NCBI GenBank assembly: GCA_040954595.2
Contig: CM082583.2
Span: 5,206,849 to 5,270,848, forward strand
DNA length: 64,000 bases
Reading direction: 5' to 3'
Origin: Balanoglossus misakiensis
Lineage: Eukaryota > Animalia > Hemichordata
Part shown: one piece after another, positions 30,201 to 42,944 of the stretch
Layout: the number at the start of each line of letters is the position of its first letter
Position numbering within the stretch: the first letter of the stretch is position 1
Made by a program: the position numbers and the translations under genes
Notes under the pieces: model-generated
What the model was told of the DNA's origin: nothing
What the model saw: the letters and a program-made list of their open reading frames with translations, nothing else
The model's database searches: none

Positions 30201-31734
30201 GACGTTGGATCACCAATTCATACTGACTTAAGATTTTTCCGTACTGGTGACAGACAAACCTGGCGCCACAACCCTCACCAATTAAGTACTGATGTCGTGA
30301 CACTATATTCAACATGGTTTGCTAAAGACCAGTAGCAAATATAGTTGCAACTAGGCATGTATGGCTACACGTTCTACGTGAACATGAACGCGACACAAAA
30401 ATGTGGAATAACACCCTCTCATTTATTTTCGGGTTTGCACATTTAGACACCTTTAAGATTTCTCAAATTACCTTTTTTTGGAAGTTTGTTCCTGGAAAGG
30501 ATTGTTGTATTTCCCTTCAATGTTTTCATCGGATGATTCAGAAAAATGTGAATGTGCAATTCCCAAAATAAATGAGCGGCTGTTGGAACCATTTTTGGCA
30601 CTGACTAAAATTTAAATGATAAAAGTATTCGCCACACCACGATGTCATATCCATGTATATATCTACAGGATGTGAGTTGAACTGCGACAGTCTCTGTGCA
30701 TATTTCAGTAAATTGGACCCACATATATATAAGGCATCGAAAGGCACTAAACCAATGTCGGTTAAAATTGGCCACCGGCGGAGTGGTCATTCTCGTTTTG
30801 CTTGATTGAGGAGCTCGGAAACTGCTTGATAGCTGACAGCTGAGAAAAGTGGTCTCGCAGTTTACAGACAATGCTATCCACTCTAAACGTGCCACCTTTC
30901 CTCGGATATTAATAAATGACACTTTACGCTGGGTGAATTTCCTCCTTTGATATAGCCGCAACGTACGTAGACATGCAAGATGTTGTGAACGAATTAAATT
31001 TGCAATCAATAGGAAAAAATATGTCACTTTGATGACGTATCGTGGACGATCACGAGAGAGGAATAATTGGAGTCAGTGGTCTCCATTTCAGCGGACAAGA
31101 GCGTGCTAACGAGGGGAGGTCACGTCATTCTGCGCTGTCTACAGGTGACATTTGACGAATAAAATCATCTGAGAAGAACTCGGTATTCGGGGAAATGGAA
31201 ACATGGTCGCCAGAGGAGGTGAGATCAACATGTGAGCGTTCGGATCGCCAACAATTTTTCGTGAGCGCGCACCGTTGCCAGGTTTTTATCAGCGCGTCGT
31301 GGCTGTGAAGTCATTCATTTTCGTAATGCCTTGTTCGCGACTGCGCATTCAGTTACATATGATATTTTTCTTTTTCTGAATAAAAGCGAAACTGGTAAGT
31401 TGCTACCGCTGTCACAAATAAACTTGAATTAATTTGTTGTGGCGGTTCAATTGATTGAGGTGGGAATAGAGACGGTAATTGCGTGTATAGTGTGACTCCG
31501 GATCCCTCGGCCTTTACACTCTGTCACCAACGGTATATCAGGTGATAATTACCGCAGTGGAAAGCGACGAAGCCCGGGGATGATCGATGCAGACACCTCG
31601 CACAAACACCCCCGATATTTAACCTACCTCAATCTGCCGGAGTCTGCGGATGGCATTGCAGCGAACCCCCAAAATATCGCGAATATGGCAGGCAGTGAGA
31701 TTGCCATGACACCATCGCGCCGCCGTCTCGCCAT
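22626..31734 (-). CDS. Cys-loop ligand-gated chloride channel subunit B (glycine receptor alpha-like), paralog of A, about 455 aa; exons 31734-31628, 27374-27295, 26930-26860, 26607-26390, 25778-25696, 24994-24857, 24225-23996, 23760-23629, 22934-22626
   Basis: Leader exon MARRRRDGVMAISLPAIFAIFWGFAAMPSADSGRL (phase 2; alternative ATG at 31707); [10 protein letters not shown]; IYLRQMWDDPRL; [12 protein letters not shown]; Cys-loop CDMDFHKFPMDEQQC; CTKTLSTGSYTC; M2 [16 protein letters not shown]; M3 [12 protein letters not shown]; M4 IDKVCRAAFPCAF. Internal exon sizes 71/218/83/138/230/132 are identical to gene A. Exon 1 is the least certain assignment. Confidence 0.93.
26982..27237. repeat. 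(TACA)n microsatellite grading into (CA)n, in channel B intron 2
   Basis: Directly visible; explains the spurious MYVC/HTYI ORFs. Confidence 0.98.
28968..29003. repeat. (ATC)n/(ATT)n microsatellite
   Basis: Directly visible. Confidence 0.85.
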
Positions 31735-33596
31735 TGTGTCGTCTGGTTCGGTTCCGCCCTTCGGTGCCCGCGTCGATAATCAGCAGTGACGTGACTACAT
31801 GTGCGACTGGACTCCTAACGGTCAGTGAAAGTCGACGAACTATTTCACCTGATGCTCATGTCGCTCACCAGGTGATTGAGATTGGCTATGACACTTCGCT
31901 GAGACGTCCTTAGAAACCAGGCGAGTTGATACAAAAAAAACGCCGTACGCGTATGTTATGCCATCTCTGTTTACCACGGTAGTATCACAGTCCAACGAAC
32001 ATTATGCGAACAACTTGCTGCGATGGTATCAACATAGCGGAAGAGTCCTTTCAGCGCCGTCACAATAGACCGCTTGCGCAAACGCACAGTGACTATACGC
32101 AGGTCGCACAAACGTGGGCGATAGGATTGAGCGAGTGTGTCGTCGGTATAAGCATTGGCAGTTAGTAAAAGCACGAACGTACAACACAAAGCGACAGTGT
32201 ATAAACCTTCAGGAGTGGCTGTAAAAACCATGCCGCCGGTGGCGCTAACACAATTCTGTAGATCATCTTTTCAGTGAAGACACCATCCAATTTTGCCACC
32301 ATGGATCTTCTCAGCTAAAAAATGACCCGCCGACTACTTTGAAAGCCCAACTTTCCGATAAAAACGAACAAAAAAGCATTCTAAAGCCTCAAAATATTAA
32401 ATTATTAACAAAACAATAAAGCAATAAAAGTTTATTGCCCCCAGTCACTTTTTGTCGGGCCCGAGGTATAATACACTATTCATGACTAATTTGCAATTAT
32501 CGTCGTCGGTCTGATGCGTTCATAGCTAATTAAGTGCAACAGCATTACCAATGAGATATGAAAGACATAATTAATAAGTGCTCGCGATGTTTAAGCGGGC
32601 TGTTGCGTTTTTATCACTCTACCCTTGAGCAATGTCGTGTCCAGTTCATTTTCGTGAATTACGAACTACAGTGTATTGATTAGGCCTTAAACGTGACAGG
32701 TACAATAATTATGTCTGATGGTGTGGCACTTGGGATAGCCTGTGCCAAAATGACTCTTCTTTTTAGACCCAAGTTGCCCTCGGTTCCCCTAGGTTGCTCG
32801 CTTTGTCCGTGACCCTATAAGTATACAGAGCGACAGACAGCGTCTAGGGATTGATGGGATGAGACATGTTAATAATACATTAAGTTATTTTGGCGTACAC
32901 TATAAATAGTTCCTGCTTGAACCATAGACAGTTGAAGGGAAGGACATTCAACCGCGACATACTTCAAAAGGATTCTGTTTTATAAAGCATGTTAATCAAG
33001 TTTATGTGTCCGGTTTACAACGAGTGAAACTTGTTGTTGACTTTCTGAGGGCGCTATCACACACACTGTTGCACCAGGGGCGCGAGGTGAATGTCGCTTA
33101 TCGATAGAAAAAAATCACTAATAATGTATCTTTTTCTGGTCACTGAATTCTGTTATCGGTACAAATGCCGAAAACAGCCTCCGCGGGTGACTATGACAAC
33201 GTGCGGTAAGCCCCACGGTGTCATAGCAACATCGTTGCGTATGTTTATAATAGAGAGTCCTTGCAGAGCACATAGCAAAGGTGTGCGTTGCTACGGTAGA
33301 AGGATGTTAACGATTCCCTGAATATTTTGCATTTCTCTATAATTTACGTCGTCCATGAAACATAAATATAGTTACATAAAGTCTAACATAAGCTAAAATA
33401 AAGGAATCCTTTCTCTTTCTGCATCATTCCCTTACATGGCAACAGTTTATGTTGCTATGGTAAGAGAATGTTAATGATTCATGCAAAAAAAGTCAACTAG
33501 TCTGTCTGTCTCCCGGGGGTCTGTCTATAACACACTCTCTCTGTCTCTTTGTGTATCTCTGTCTGTCTGCCTATGTCTCTATCTGTCTGTCTGTCT

Positions 33597-33730
<134 letters not shown>

Positions 33731-36677
33731 TAACTATGAGGGATGTTTGCAAACGACCAAGTTCTGGATCAATTTCAGACAACTACGTTTCAATAAAAAT
33801 GTCTGTGACAGTGAGGGAATGTGTGGAGTGACCGTGATCTGTGATACGAGAATATCATTTATATAGAGTTGTGCGAAATTGAAATCGAGTCGTAGATGGC
33901 GCTTCAGTTTAATATAGCTTCAATAATTAAGCTCGCGAGATGACACTCACTACACTGCAAAAACAATATAGGCCTAATATGCCAGTCACGTACCCGGATA
34001 TTTGGCGTGTACCGGGCGACTGAAATTAATTATGTCTTTCCCAGGTCTTATACAAAGTATGCGGTAATATTTGGGAAGTTTCAAATGGCGGGTTGCAGGG
34101 TCAAATGTCATGCAGCCTGCATCGGCCTTCAGCAACAAAACCTAATCTGGCAATTAACCAATGAACACCCATACACGTGTACCAGAATGTCTAAGTATAT
34201 AAACCCAATGACTGTAAAAGTAGGAGCAGAAATCTGGTAAACTTTAATTAAATGTTATATGCAGCTTTTGAAAGCTGTGTTCGACTGATGGCAAGGAATG
34301 TGTCCATATTCGCAGCAGTCGGTCACAATGCCCTTTTATAAATGACAAACAAGTCGATTGATCGAGCCTATTGAGAACAATGCTGAATATTCATTAGTGT
34401 TTATCGCTGAATAAGTTACCGTCGTACGCATCATTTTGAAAACATGTACTTTAGTATTGCCTGTCCTGGGCATTTGCAAAGAGCGGTAGTCCACACACTG
34501 ATCCTGACATGCCATAGAACCAACAGGCAGTCATTTTTTTCATGACGAGGGCGTCACTTTAGACATAGCATGCACACTCAATGTTTCGTTCTTCCTGGAG
34601 TGGGCCATAGACGTCGACCGCAGTTGGCCCATTCACTTGTATAATTCTATCGAGCCCGTTTCTTATTGCGATGTATCGGTGTGGCTCTTCGATTACGGAG
34701 GATAATTGCACTATAAGGCGAGTTTATACTAGAAGGAAAATTTCACTTCTCGGGAGGTTTGTCTCTTGTAGGGGCTTTGTGAAAGTTATTGCACCACAAG
34801 TGATCTATGGGCTTAGTCGTGTTTCATTTGAAATCAAAATTATCGCGGGTTATGTTGAGGTTCACAGCGGTCGCATGCACATTGTGTTCGTCCGGTGTCC
34901 TGTGACCGGAGAGCAACATGCGATCGCATTGTACACTGAAATGTACTTGGACCCTGGTATAACAAAACATGGTAACGTTATCATCATCAACAACAACAAA
35001 AACGACAAACAAAATACAACGACGATGCGTCTATTCAAAAATGTTACACTGAATACGGGAGACTTGCTACGATTACAATAACTTCGTTTTGAACTTTTCA
35101 TGCGCTTTCACTGTCATTTTGATTATGCGAGAATGAAAACTCAAACACATATGTAGAATGGTGATGATGGAAATCTCTCTGGTCGCTTGTTTACACGATA
35201 CTGCCCATTGTTTGGCCTTTGACCTCATTTCTATAAACAGGGTCGCACAAGCACGCAACTTTCCCTGTTGTTGACAAACACTATACTTCGGCGCTTGTGG
35301 TAAAAGCAAAATCAGCTTTGAATGTTTCGTCCTACTTCACTGAACCCCTTGCTGATAGTGGGGGAAAAACTTTCCCGTGAGTGTTTTCTATTGTATGCAA
35401 ATGAGATGTAAATTAGGAAAATATATGTTTATTAAATAGGATTCAAGCATGTGTCAATTGGGTGCACGAATACGTCGCACTGATAGGCGCACTGCACTGG
35501 TTATTGTACGCCAGCTTTTGTAACAGCTGGTAAGACCTCAACGTTGCCACAGGCGAGTTTTTTGGCTGATACAGAAGTGTATCGCCGATAAACCTGATCA
35601 TATCAACTCCGCAGCGGAAAGGAGAATTTCTGCCGGCTCACCAACTAAACCAGGACGATGGGTTCCTAGCTGCGGGAGTTGACCCCTGACCACGGCTGGA
35701 GAGCACTGGTCCGTGTCCCACGTATCGTGGTCAAAGATTTGCTTTGAAAATTAAGCAGGTGGGTGAATAGGACCTTACGTATTTGTTTTCATTTGCATGC
35801 GCTTTGTATTTTAGTCAAGGACCATGCGGTCATATTAAACTGAAATTCCGATGATAAAAGAACCCGTTTTCTACTCTGTATAAAGCTCTACTATGACAGT
35901 CCCCGCAGGTCTATTCACACATGCACACATGTTTGTGACGTGTAATATCACAATTTGATAGGCCGGGATTGTACAACTAGACAGGGACCACTTCAGAAGT
36001 GTTAATGAGACAGCAGCGTGTTTTGACATAATGTAAATCCGGAAAAGTCTTTCGACTTCAACGCGCAGAAAGTCTGGGGTTCGTTGCTTCTAATTCTAAA
36101 GTCCAAAGTTTGTCAACACGCGATCGGAACGATAATACCACGCGCAGTTCAAACACATGCTATCGTTTTGTTTACATACGTGGCTACGATAGCGGTTTTT
36201 AATTTTGACCTCGGGGATCTCTTCTTTTTTTCTGACCTTCCCTGATTTATGGAGTGTCTGTAGTCGTTTTCTCCATTATGCAGGGGATTATTCTTTGGTA
36301 CATCCACGTTTTACGCAAGAGCCACAGCTTATAGACCCACACCTTTGTGTCAAGTTTCATGCGACGTGGGATTTCTCCGAAAGGCTTCGTTTACAATAGC
36401 CCTAATCACCATCACTCTGTCGTACGTCTTCCTTTCCAGCCATGGTACTTAACGTAATACGAGGCCAGTGACAACTACTTAAAATAGACCGGACAAGCGG
36501 CAAGTACACGATGCGTTGTTTGAGGAGACTCTCGCTGATTCTATTGGAGTGAACACTGTTGTGTTCGATTCCAACTGTTATATAACACATACCGAGAAGG
36601 AGGAATAACTTGACTTCGTGAGAAAAAAAAAAACGCTTAGCGATTTTCTCCTTCGCGGTCTACCGCCACACTGCGGA

Positions 36678-38098
36678 ATGGTCGCTTCGGAATATCTCCT
36701 TCTGGTCGTCCTGTGCTTATGCGGGGCTCTCACGGTGCAACGCGGAAATGCGGCCACTGCCAGCGCTACGAGCGCACCAGCGGGTACTAGCACGGTCGCT
36801 GCAGGAATCACGGACGGGAAAAGTGTGGGAAGCGATGGAGGACTTCTAAGAAACGAATTACATCCTGAATTACCGGGTACGCAGGAAGACGTGAAAGACG
36901 GTCTAACTGATGCGGTACTTTCAGAGAAAAAATCGCCGCCTGAAACGGAGGAAAAGGCGGAAGACGATGGCGATAATGACCGAGCAGAAGGCAGTTCGGA
37001 AGAGGGCCATAAACTTGACGACCCCAAGGGTCAGGGTAAGGGTACGTATAGGATTTCATCATCAATGGCGACGTCGTAAAATGGGGATACATGCACCAGA
37101 CAAGACACCACTATAAGTGTGACTGGGCGTTTCTGCGCACGAGTACCAGTTTGATATACACCAGAACATGATGGTGTACAAGAAAAAAGCTGTCTCACCG
37201 TATGAGTTTTACGTGTGAGAAATGTCATCAATTTTTTGGAATGTTTAAGTGTAGCCGTGCCGGTTTTCGATAATACAACATGTATATGAATTGGTCAGGA
37301 TATTATTGGCGAAGAACGTAACGCGTGTAACACGTTTCTGATGACGATACCATTTTGATATGTTATCTTTCTCAGTACTAAATCGACATGACACACCTAA
37401 TACAAATAAAAACGTAGAAAGATAAACCTAGTTACTAAACGAGGATTTTTAGCCGACGAGATATTTCCAGTTTATTTGCGTGTGTTCTCATTAAAAGTGA
37501 ACTCATCTAAAATTTCCTGTCGCTAAATTTAGGTATGGCAAATTTATATATAGGCACAGTCCGTCGTATGGGGAGGGACTTCGTGATACAAGCCATGCAA
37601 TGATGCCATCCGAACCCTTCTGTTGAGCGTCAAAACCATATTTCCTAACATGTCATTTATTTTACAGTGCATATACGAGCTGCTCGATATATCTGTTATT
37701 CATTAAACTATAAAATGAGATGGTACTGTGCTTTTAATACAAATTTGCTCATCTCGTGACTCTCCCCCATTATGTTTTTACATTTATCATGTACAGATGT
37801 TGCCCACCACAGTGCTTATACAAAAGATTCCACGTCCCAGACAGACAGCGATGGCGGCAGGGACGACTCCAGTGTCATACTGCAGTACTCGATCCCCGTG
37901 ACGGCGGTGGCGCTGGTCGTGGTGTGCACGGCGCTGATCGTCCGCTGCCGCTCGTGGCGAGCGGACCGGCGGAAGAAATTCGGGCCCGGCACGGAGATGA
38001 GTTTGAAGAGCATCTTCTCCAAAAACAAAATGAAAGGGTTCCACCGACTCAGCACAGATTCCGATTCAGAGGAACAGTCCGACGCGTCTGTCTTCTAA
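36678..38098 (+). CDS. Uncharacterised single-pass type I membrane protein (about 220 aa); exons 36678-37035 (alternative in-phase ends 37029/37041) and 37797-38098
   Basis: Signal peptide MVASEYLLLVVLCLCGALTVQRGNA; Ala/Thr- then Asp/Glu-rich low-complexity ectodomain; phase-1 donor G|GTAAGG joined to acceptor gtacAG|AT; TM SIPVTAVALVVVCTALIV followed by the basic stop-transfer RCRSWRADRRKK; tail GFHRLSTDSDSEEQSDASVF. Extra small exons cannot be excluded. Confidence 0.8.
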
Positions 38099-41000
38099 TT
38101 ATATTTACTGCCGTCAAAATCACTCGATGCTGAATCGTGTATCATGTTTCACGCGGAGTGAACTGGTGCTGGTGAAGAGCGCCCTCTCGAGCTAAAGCTC
38201 ACAATGTCGGCGACTGATATTTACACAATGGTTTTTAGGGGAATTTGCCAAAAGTGAAACTGATTTATGCCACAACAACATATCATAATGCTTGAGAGGA
38301 AATTGAGAGGGGGGTGATTCGGGTTTGTCCGCTCGATAGGCAATCGGACAGCGGGATCTATCCATGTATAGTACATGTATATGCCTATGCATTTTTCTTT
38401 TACTTGGGGGAAATCACATTATTGTTTATTGTCATCGAGAAAATATACATGTACTTTAAACTATAGAATGTTTATATCGTTAAATATTGCAGTGATTCCT
38501 GTGGATTCTACTGCTGTAGAAGGGTTTAATAAAATCTTTACTTTAGTCACACAAATGGGTCGTTTTATTGCTACCTGTTGAGTTCACCAAGGTGTGCTTG
38601 TCAGTTGTTACATTTAGACAAGAAATAACGATTACAGTTGTATGTGCGCATGCGCCTCGGAAATATGGCCGTCAGTCTAAAGCTTTATGGCAACTCCGTG
38701 TGTTGCATAATCGGCGGCTGAAAACGGCGCACTGCAGGCTATTGCGATTCAATGCAATTTTATTCTCAAACAAACAACATGAACACGCTGTGCGCAACAA
38801 CTAGATAAGCCAGGCGTTAGATCCCAGCTTGAAAATTACTGCTATTGTCGACGTCGCTGCGCATGCAAAAGGGATTATAAGTTGTTCTTATACATGTATA
38901 ATCAGGGAGACAACGCAGGAAACAAGAAGACGGGTTATGAGTTCTTGTCACGATTCGATTTCAATTTCCCCGACTTAGGGCTGTACTTGATGTGGTATGT
39001 GGGAAATCCACTCGATGAAAAGTTTATTACGGCAGTCAACGCTGAATCACTTAATTCTGTAACAAATTGAAGAGTGTTGTTTTCTTGCGACCGTGACATC
39101 ACCATATGCTACCGAGCCTCACGATTTCAACTGCAGCCCGGCATTCAACAGGTGGTTCTGCATTCGGACACATAACATTCATCTCCATCTTTACCTGCAA
39201 TTCACCTTGCTTTCTATATCACGATGCGGGAATATTAAATTTGTTATTATTTCGTATTATTTGGATATTATACGGTCGACGCGCAAAATAACGGACATGA
39301 ATGGGGCAATTAATCTCAAACAGCTGAGTTCAAGTGCTTTAAAGTACACCGTACAAGGATATGCTTATAAGCTTGGGAAATAAAAAAATAATCGCGTGAT
39401 TCATCATGGTGTCGATTTGAAACACTGCGATTATGACGTCATCAGAACGGGATGTAAACAAGACCATATCTATGGCGGGGCGTATGCGTGCAAATCACAT
39501 TTACCAGTGATAAAGCTGAGAGCGGGAGTGGGCGGTATGTTTTGATTTTACAGAATCACCGACAACGCGCGTTTCACTTTCTTCTGTTGTCAACAAGGGT
39601 GGAGTGACCGAAGAGTCGTTGTTTTCATAAACCTATCGTGGTTGGATGAAACAACATATTCCAGCGCTGTGTGAATCACATTTCAGTTGCAGATGACACC
39701 TGTAAATTCAATTCAAGAATGCATGTTAAAGTTGAAGTAATTTTTAACACTGAAATCAAAATAAGAAAGTAAAACTGAAATTTAGTATTTCAACTAAAGC
39801 ACGATTACTATGACAACAAAAGATTTGATTAATTGGTTTTGAAAGGTGTAAAATATACGATGAATTGCCAGCTTTAACATACTGCATGATGATATGTACT
39901 GTGTTCACATTCATAAAATTGTGATACAATCAAAATATTTTGAATGAAATCATATAGAGCGATAAAACTCAGACTGCTTCTGCGAACCGCTTCGGTTGAC
40001 GGGGCAAAATGAACCATCCCACTGTTGTGGGATACGACCCCACCCCAAAGTGTATTGCTACTGTGCATGCAGTCGGCGTTCCTGGATTATATTCTCCTCG
40101 CCATACCTGATAAACATTTAATTCATAAACATTTAATTCTTTCGTGGATTATTCACACACGGCGGGGATTTACCGCGCATGAGTTCTGAGGCAGAATCGG
40201 ACTCGCTTACGCAGAAGTCGTGAATTATTTCACGATATTACTCATGCGTGCAAAAGATGCACCCATATCAGTTTATGAAAACAATAAATCGACTGCCGCT
40301 GCTGTCGCCGTCGCGATGCAACTGATGTTGTTTTTTTGATGCGCTTCTGTTGAACAATATATACTGCCCGTCCCGACTTACAGTCATCAATTTAATTAAG
40401 CAGATTATGACACACAGAAATAAATTTACAGACACGGTAATCACGTGATGAACCGACAGGTAGATACATTTTCAGACCAACCTCGGAAAATGTCTCTCAA
40501 CTCAAGCATCTCATTCTTCACTCCAGAAGCAAGGTATCCTGTCAGCATAATCATCACAAAATGGTCGTTCGTATAATTCCTTATGTTGTGATTTTACATG
40601 ATTCAAAGATCACAAACGTGCGTATATAAGAACTAGGAGCCAAAACACAAACAGGCGATAAAATTTCTCAATTCCACTTTATTTACCGTGATAAGAGCGA
40701 AAGATTTCATGTTTAAAGTCACATTTCCAAAAAAAAAAAAATGCTATAATTCCAATCTATTATTCGCGATAGAACCCAAAGGTCGTAAACTTCAATTCCG
40801 CGATTAATTATAGCCCAGAATGTACAAAGACTATTATTTCGCCGAACATATGGAAAGTCGATAAGATGAGTATTACTGAAATAGATTGCATGTGCCCTCC
40901 AAATATGACCCCGAATTGCACTGAGAGAAAAACATTACATTGAGTATGTGTATCGCCGGCAACATTATTTAATAAAAACGTGTGAAAGAAAGCGTTCGTA

Positions 41001-41906
41001 AAATTTCTGGCTTGTTAGAATATATCAAATCTAATAATGCGCAGTTGGCAAACAGATTTGAAGGGTTTGGATCTAACTGTTCAGCAGTATGTATGATATG
41101 GAATAGCTATGAAGGAATTGGATACTTATTTAAACAGTTGGTCCATTTGACCAGTTTCGATAATTATGTTTTTCCCTTATTGTTGTGAAGCGACTTCTTG
41201 GCGACACTGAGTACATGATGTATAAAAAGTGTATTTTGTTCAAAATTTTAGCTATAAACTTTTGTCAATCAGAAAAAAAGATTGTACATGGAGGAAGGGG
41301 ATGGTTTTCTGGACTACGGCTGTTGTCAATATGCCCCATCTTATCAGGCTGACTCTCGTGGCAACCTAATTTTTAGTTGTACGCGTGAACCGTTCAATGA
41401 CATTGCTAATCCAAATTACAAGCCTTTCAATGAAGCAACCAAATCAGTCTTGGGGAAAAACAGAGTGTGTTACCATAGAAACACATTCCATCACGAAGTA
41501 TCTTCTAACTATGACCGGTCTAACACCAACTTGCGTTTTCAGATAACCCAGTGCCTTGGTTTTTACTTTTACAAGAGTATGGTCGAATTTTGCGCCTACT
41601 CCCAGATGTGTCGACGGCACCATTTCAATGCATTGGACCTAACCTGTTGGCGTATAGATAGACGTTATGGCATCCGCGCGCGCGTCATCCAATCAGCTCT
41701 CGTTGCTAGGCAATTACCCACAATTTCTTTGGTTCCTGTGTGTGACGTTGCACAGTGTTTCAACCGAGTGCGCCCGCACTGATTGTGCGCGCGGTGAGGT
41801 TACCAGAGCTGAAACGCGTTTTCTTGGAAAGCTGTGTGCCTCCTATACGGTGCCGCAGCGAATGCCTTTTGTAGCTTTATACGGATTCATGGTGAAATCG
41901 CCGTGA

Positions 41907-42944
41907 ATGTTTTCAAACGGCAGCGGAGAATTACCTCCCGGAGGGGAGATGGTGACGGGTCACCCGGTGCAGACTGCATTCATAACCTGCTTGATGGTGG
42001 TGATCACCGCGGGGAACTTGCTCAACATCATCGTGATCCAGAAGATGAGGAGGGTGCCGACTATACCGCGCTACTTCATGACATCGCTGGCCGTCACCGA
42101 CTTGGGCGTCGGTCTGCTCTTCATCCCCTTCGCCATCCACCCGTCTGTGGTGGGCTACTGGATTTACGGCGGGGTCTGGTGCCAGCTCGTCGGCTGCCTG
42201 TCGTGCACCTTCGCCGCCATATCGACGTACACCTTGTTCTTCGTCGGGATCGAGCGATACGTCGCCGTGAAGTGGCCCCTGCGCTCGCCGATGATCGTCA
42301 CGCAGAAGCGGGTTTTGGTTACCATAAGCGCGATCTGGATCGCCGTGGTCATATTCTGCTTCTCGCTGATCGACTTTTACTCCGACATGCCGGTGTACAT
42401 TTACCTGGAGAGCACCTTTGTGTGCGGGGCGAACTTGTACAACCCGGAGAAGAAGGGCTTCATCATGACCACCATCGCGCTTGTGGTGATCATACCGTCG
42501 GTCGTCATGGTCTACGTCTACCTGACCCTGGCCAAAGTGGCGTGGCAACACTCCAAGAAGATCAACCTCTCCTCGGCCGCCCACGACGGCGGCGGCGGCG
42601 CGAACCAGGACAAGAGCCGGACGTCGGCGGACAACTGGAAAGCGGCGCGGATGTTCATCGCCGTGGCGTGCGCCTTCATGATCGCGTGGTTCCCCTACTC
42701 GGTGGCGGTGCTGTACCGCGTGTTCGCCGAGCGCGACATCTCGCCCACCGCCTGGTTCTGCGTCTTCTGGCTGGTGCCGCTCAACAGCTTCTGGAACTTC
42801 CTGGTGTACGGGGTGATGAACCGCAGCTACCGGGAGACGGCCAAGGTCATGGTGGCCAAGCTCTTCAACTGCCAGGAGAGACTCACCAACAAAACCAAAG
42901 TTCACACGTTCGAAATTTCCGACGCACGACGAGCAAGCTACTAA
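41907..42944 (+). CDS. Intronless rhodopsin-class (class A) orphan GPCR, 345 aa, GPR21/GPR52-like motif pattern
   Basis: Seven hydrophobic segments; TM1 GN, TM2 SLAVTDL, ECL1 WIYGGVWC, TM3 ERY, TM4 W, ECL2 Cys, TM5 P...Y, TM6 AWFPY, TM7 NSFWNFLVY, helix 8 NRSYR; N-glycosylation sequon NGS at residue 4. The subfamily call is inference. Confidence 0.93.
   Translation: MFSNGSGELPPGGEMVTGHPVQTAFITCLMVVITAGNLLNIIVIQKMRRVPTIPRYFMTSLAVTDLGVGLLFIPFAIHPSVVGYWIYGGVWCQLVGCLSCTFAAISTYTLFFVGIERYVAVKWPLRSPMIVTQKRVLVTISAIWIAVVIFCFSLIDFYSDMPVYIYLESTFVCGANLYNPEKKGFIMTTIALVVIIPSVVMVYVYLTLAKVAWQHSKKINLSSAAHDGGGGANQDKSRTSADNWKAARMFIAVACAFMIAWFPYSVAVLYRVFAERDISPTAWFCVFWLVPLNSFWNFLVYGVMNRSYRETAKVMVAKLFNCQERLTNKTKVHTFEISDARRASY

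Noticed and set aside
41282-41782. 166-aa ORF upstream of the GPCR
   Set aside because: No recognisable domain, non-coding-like composition, and no supporting splice structure.
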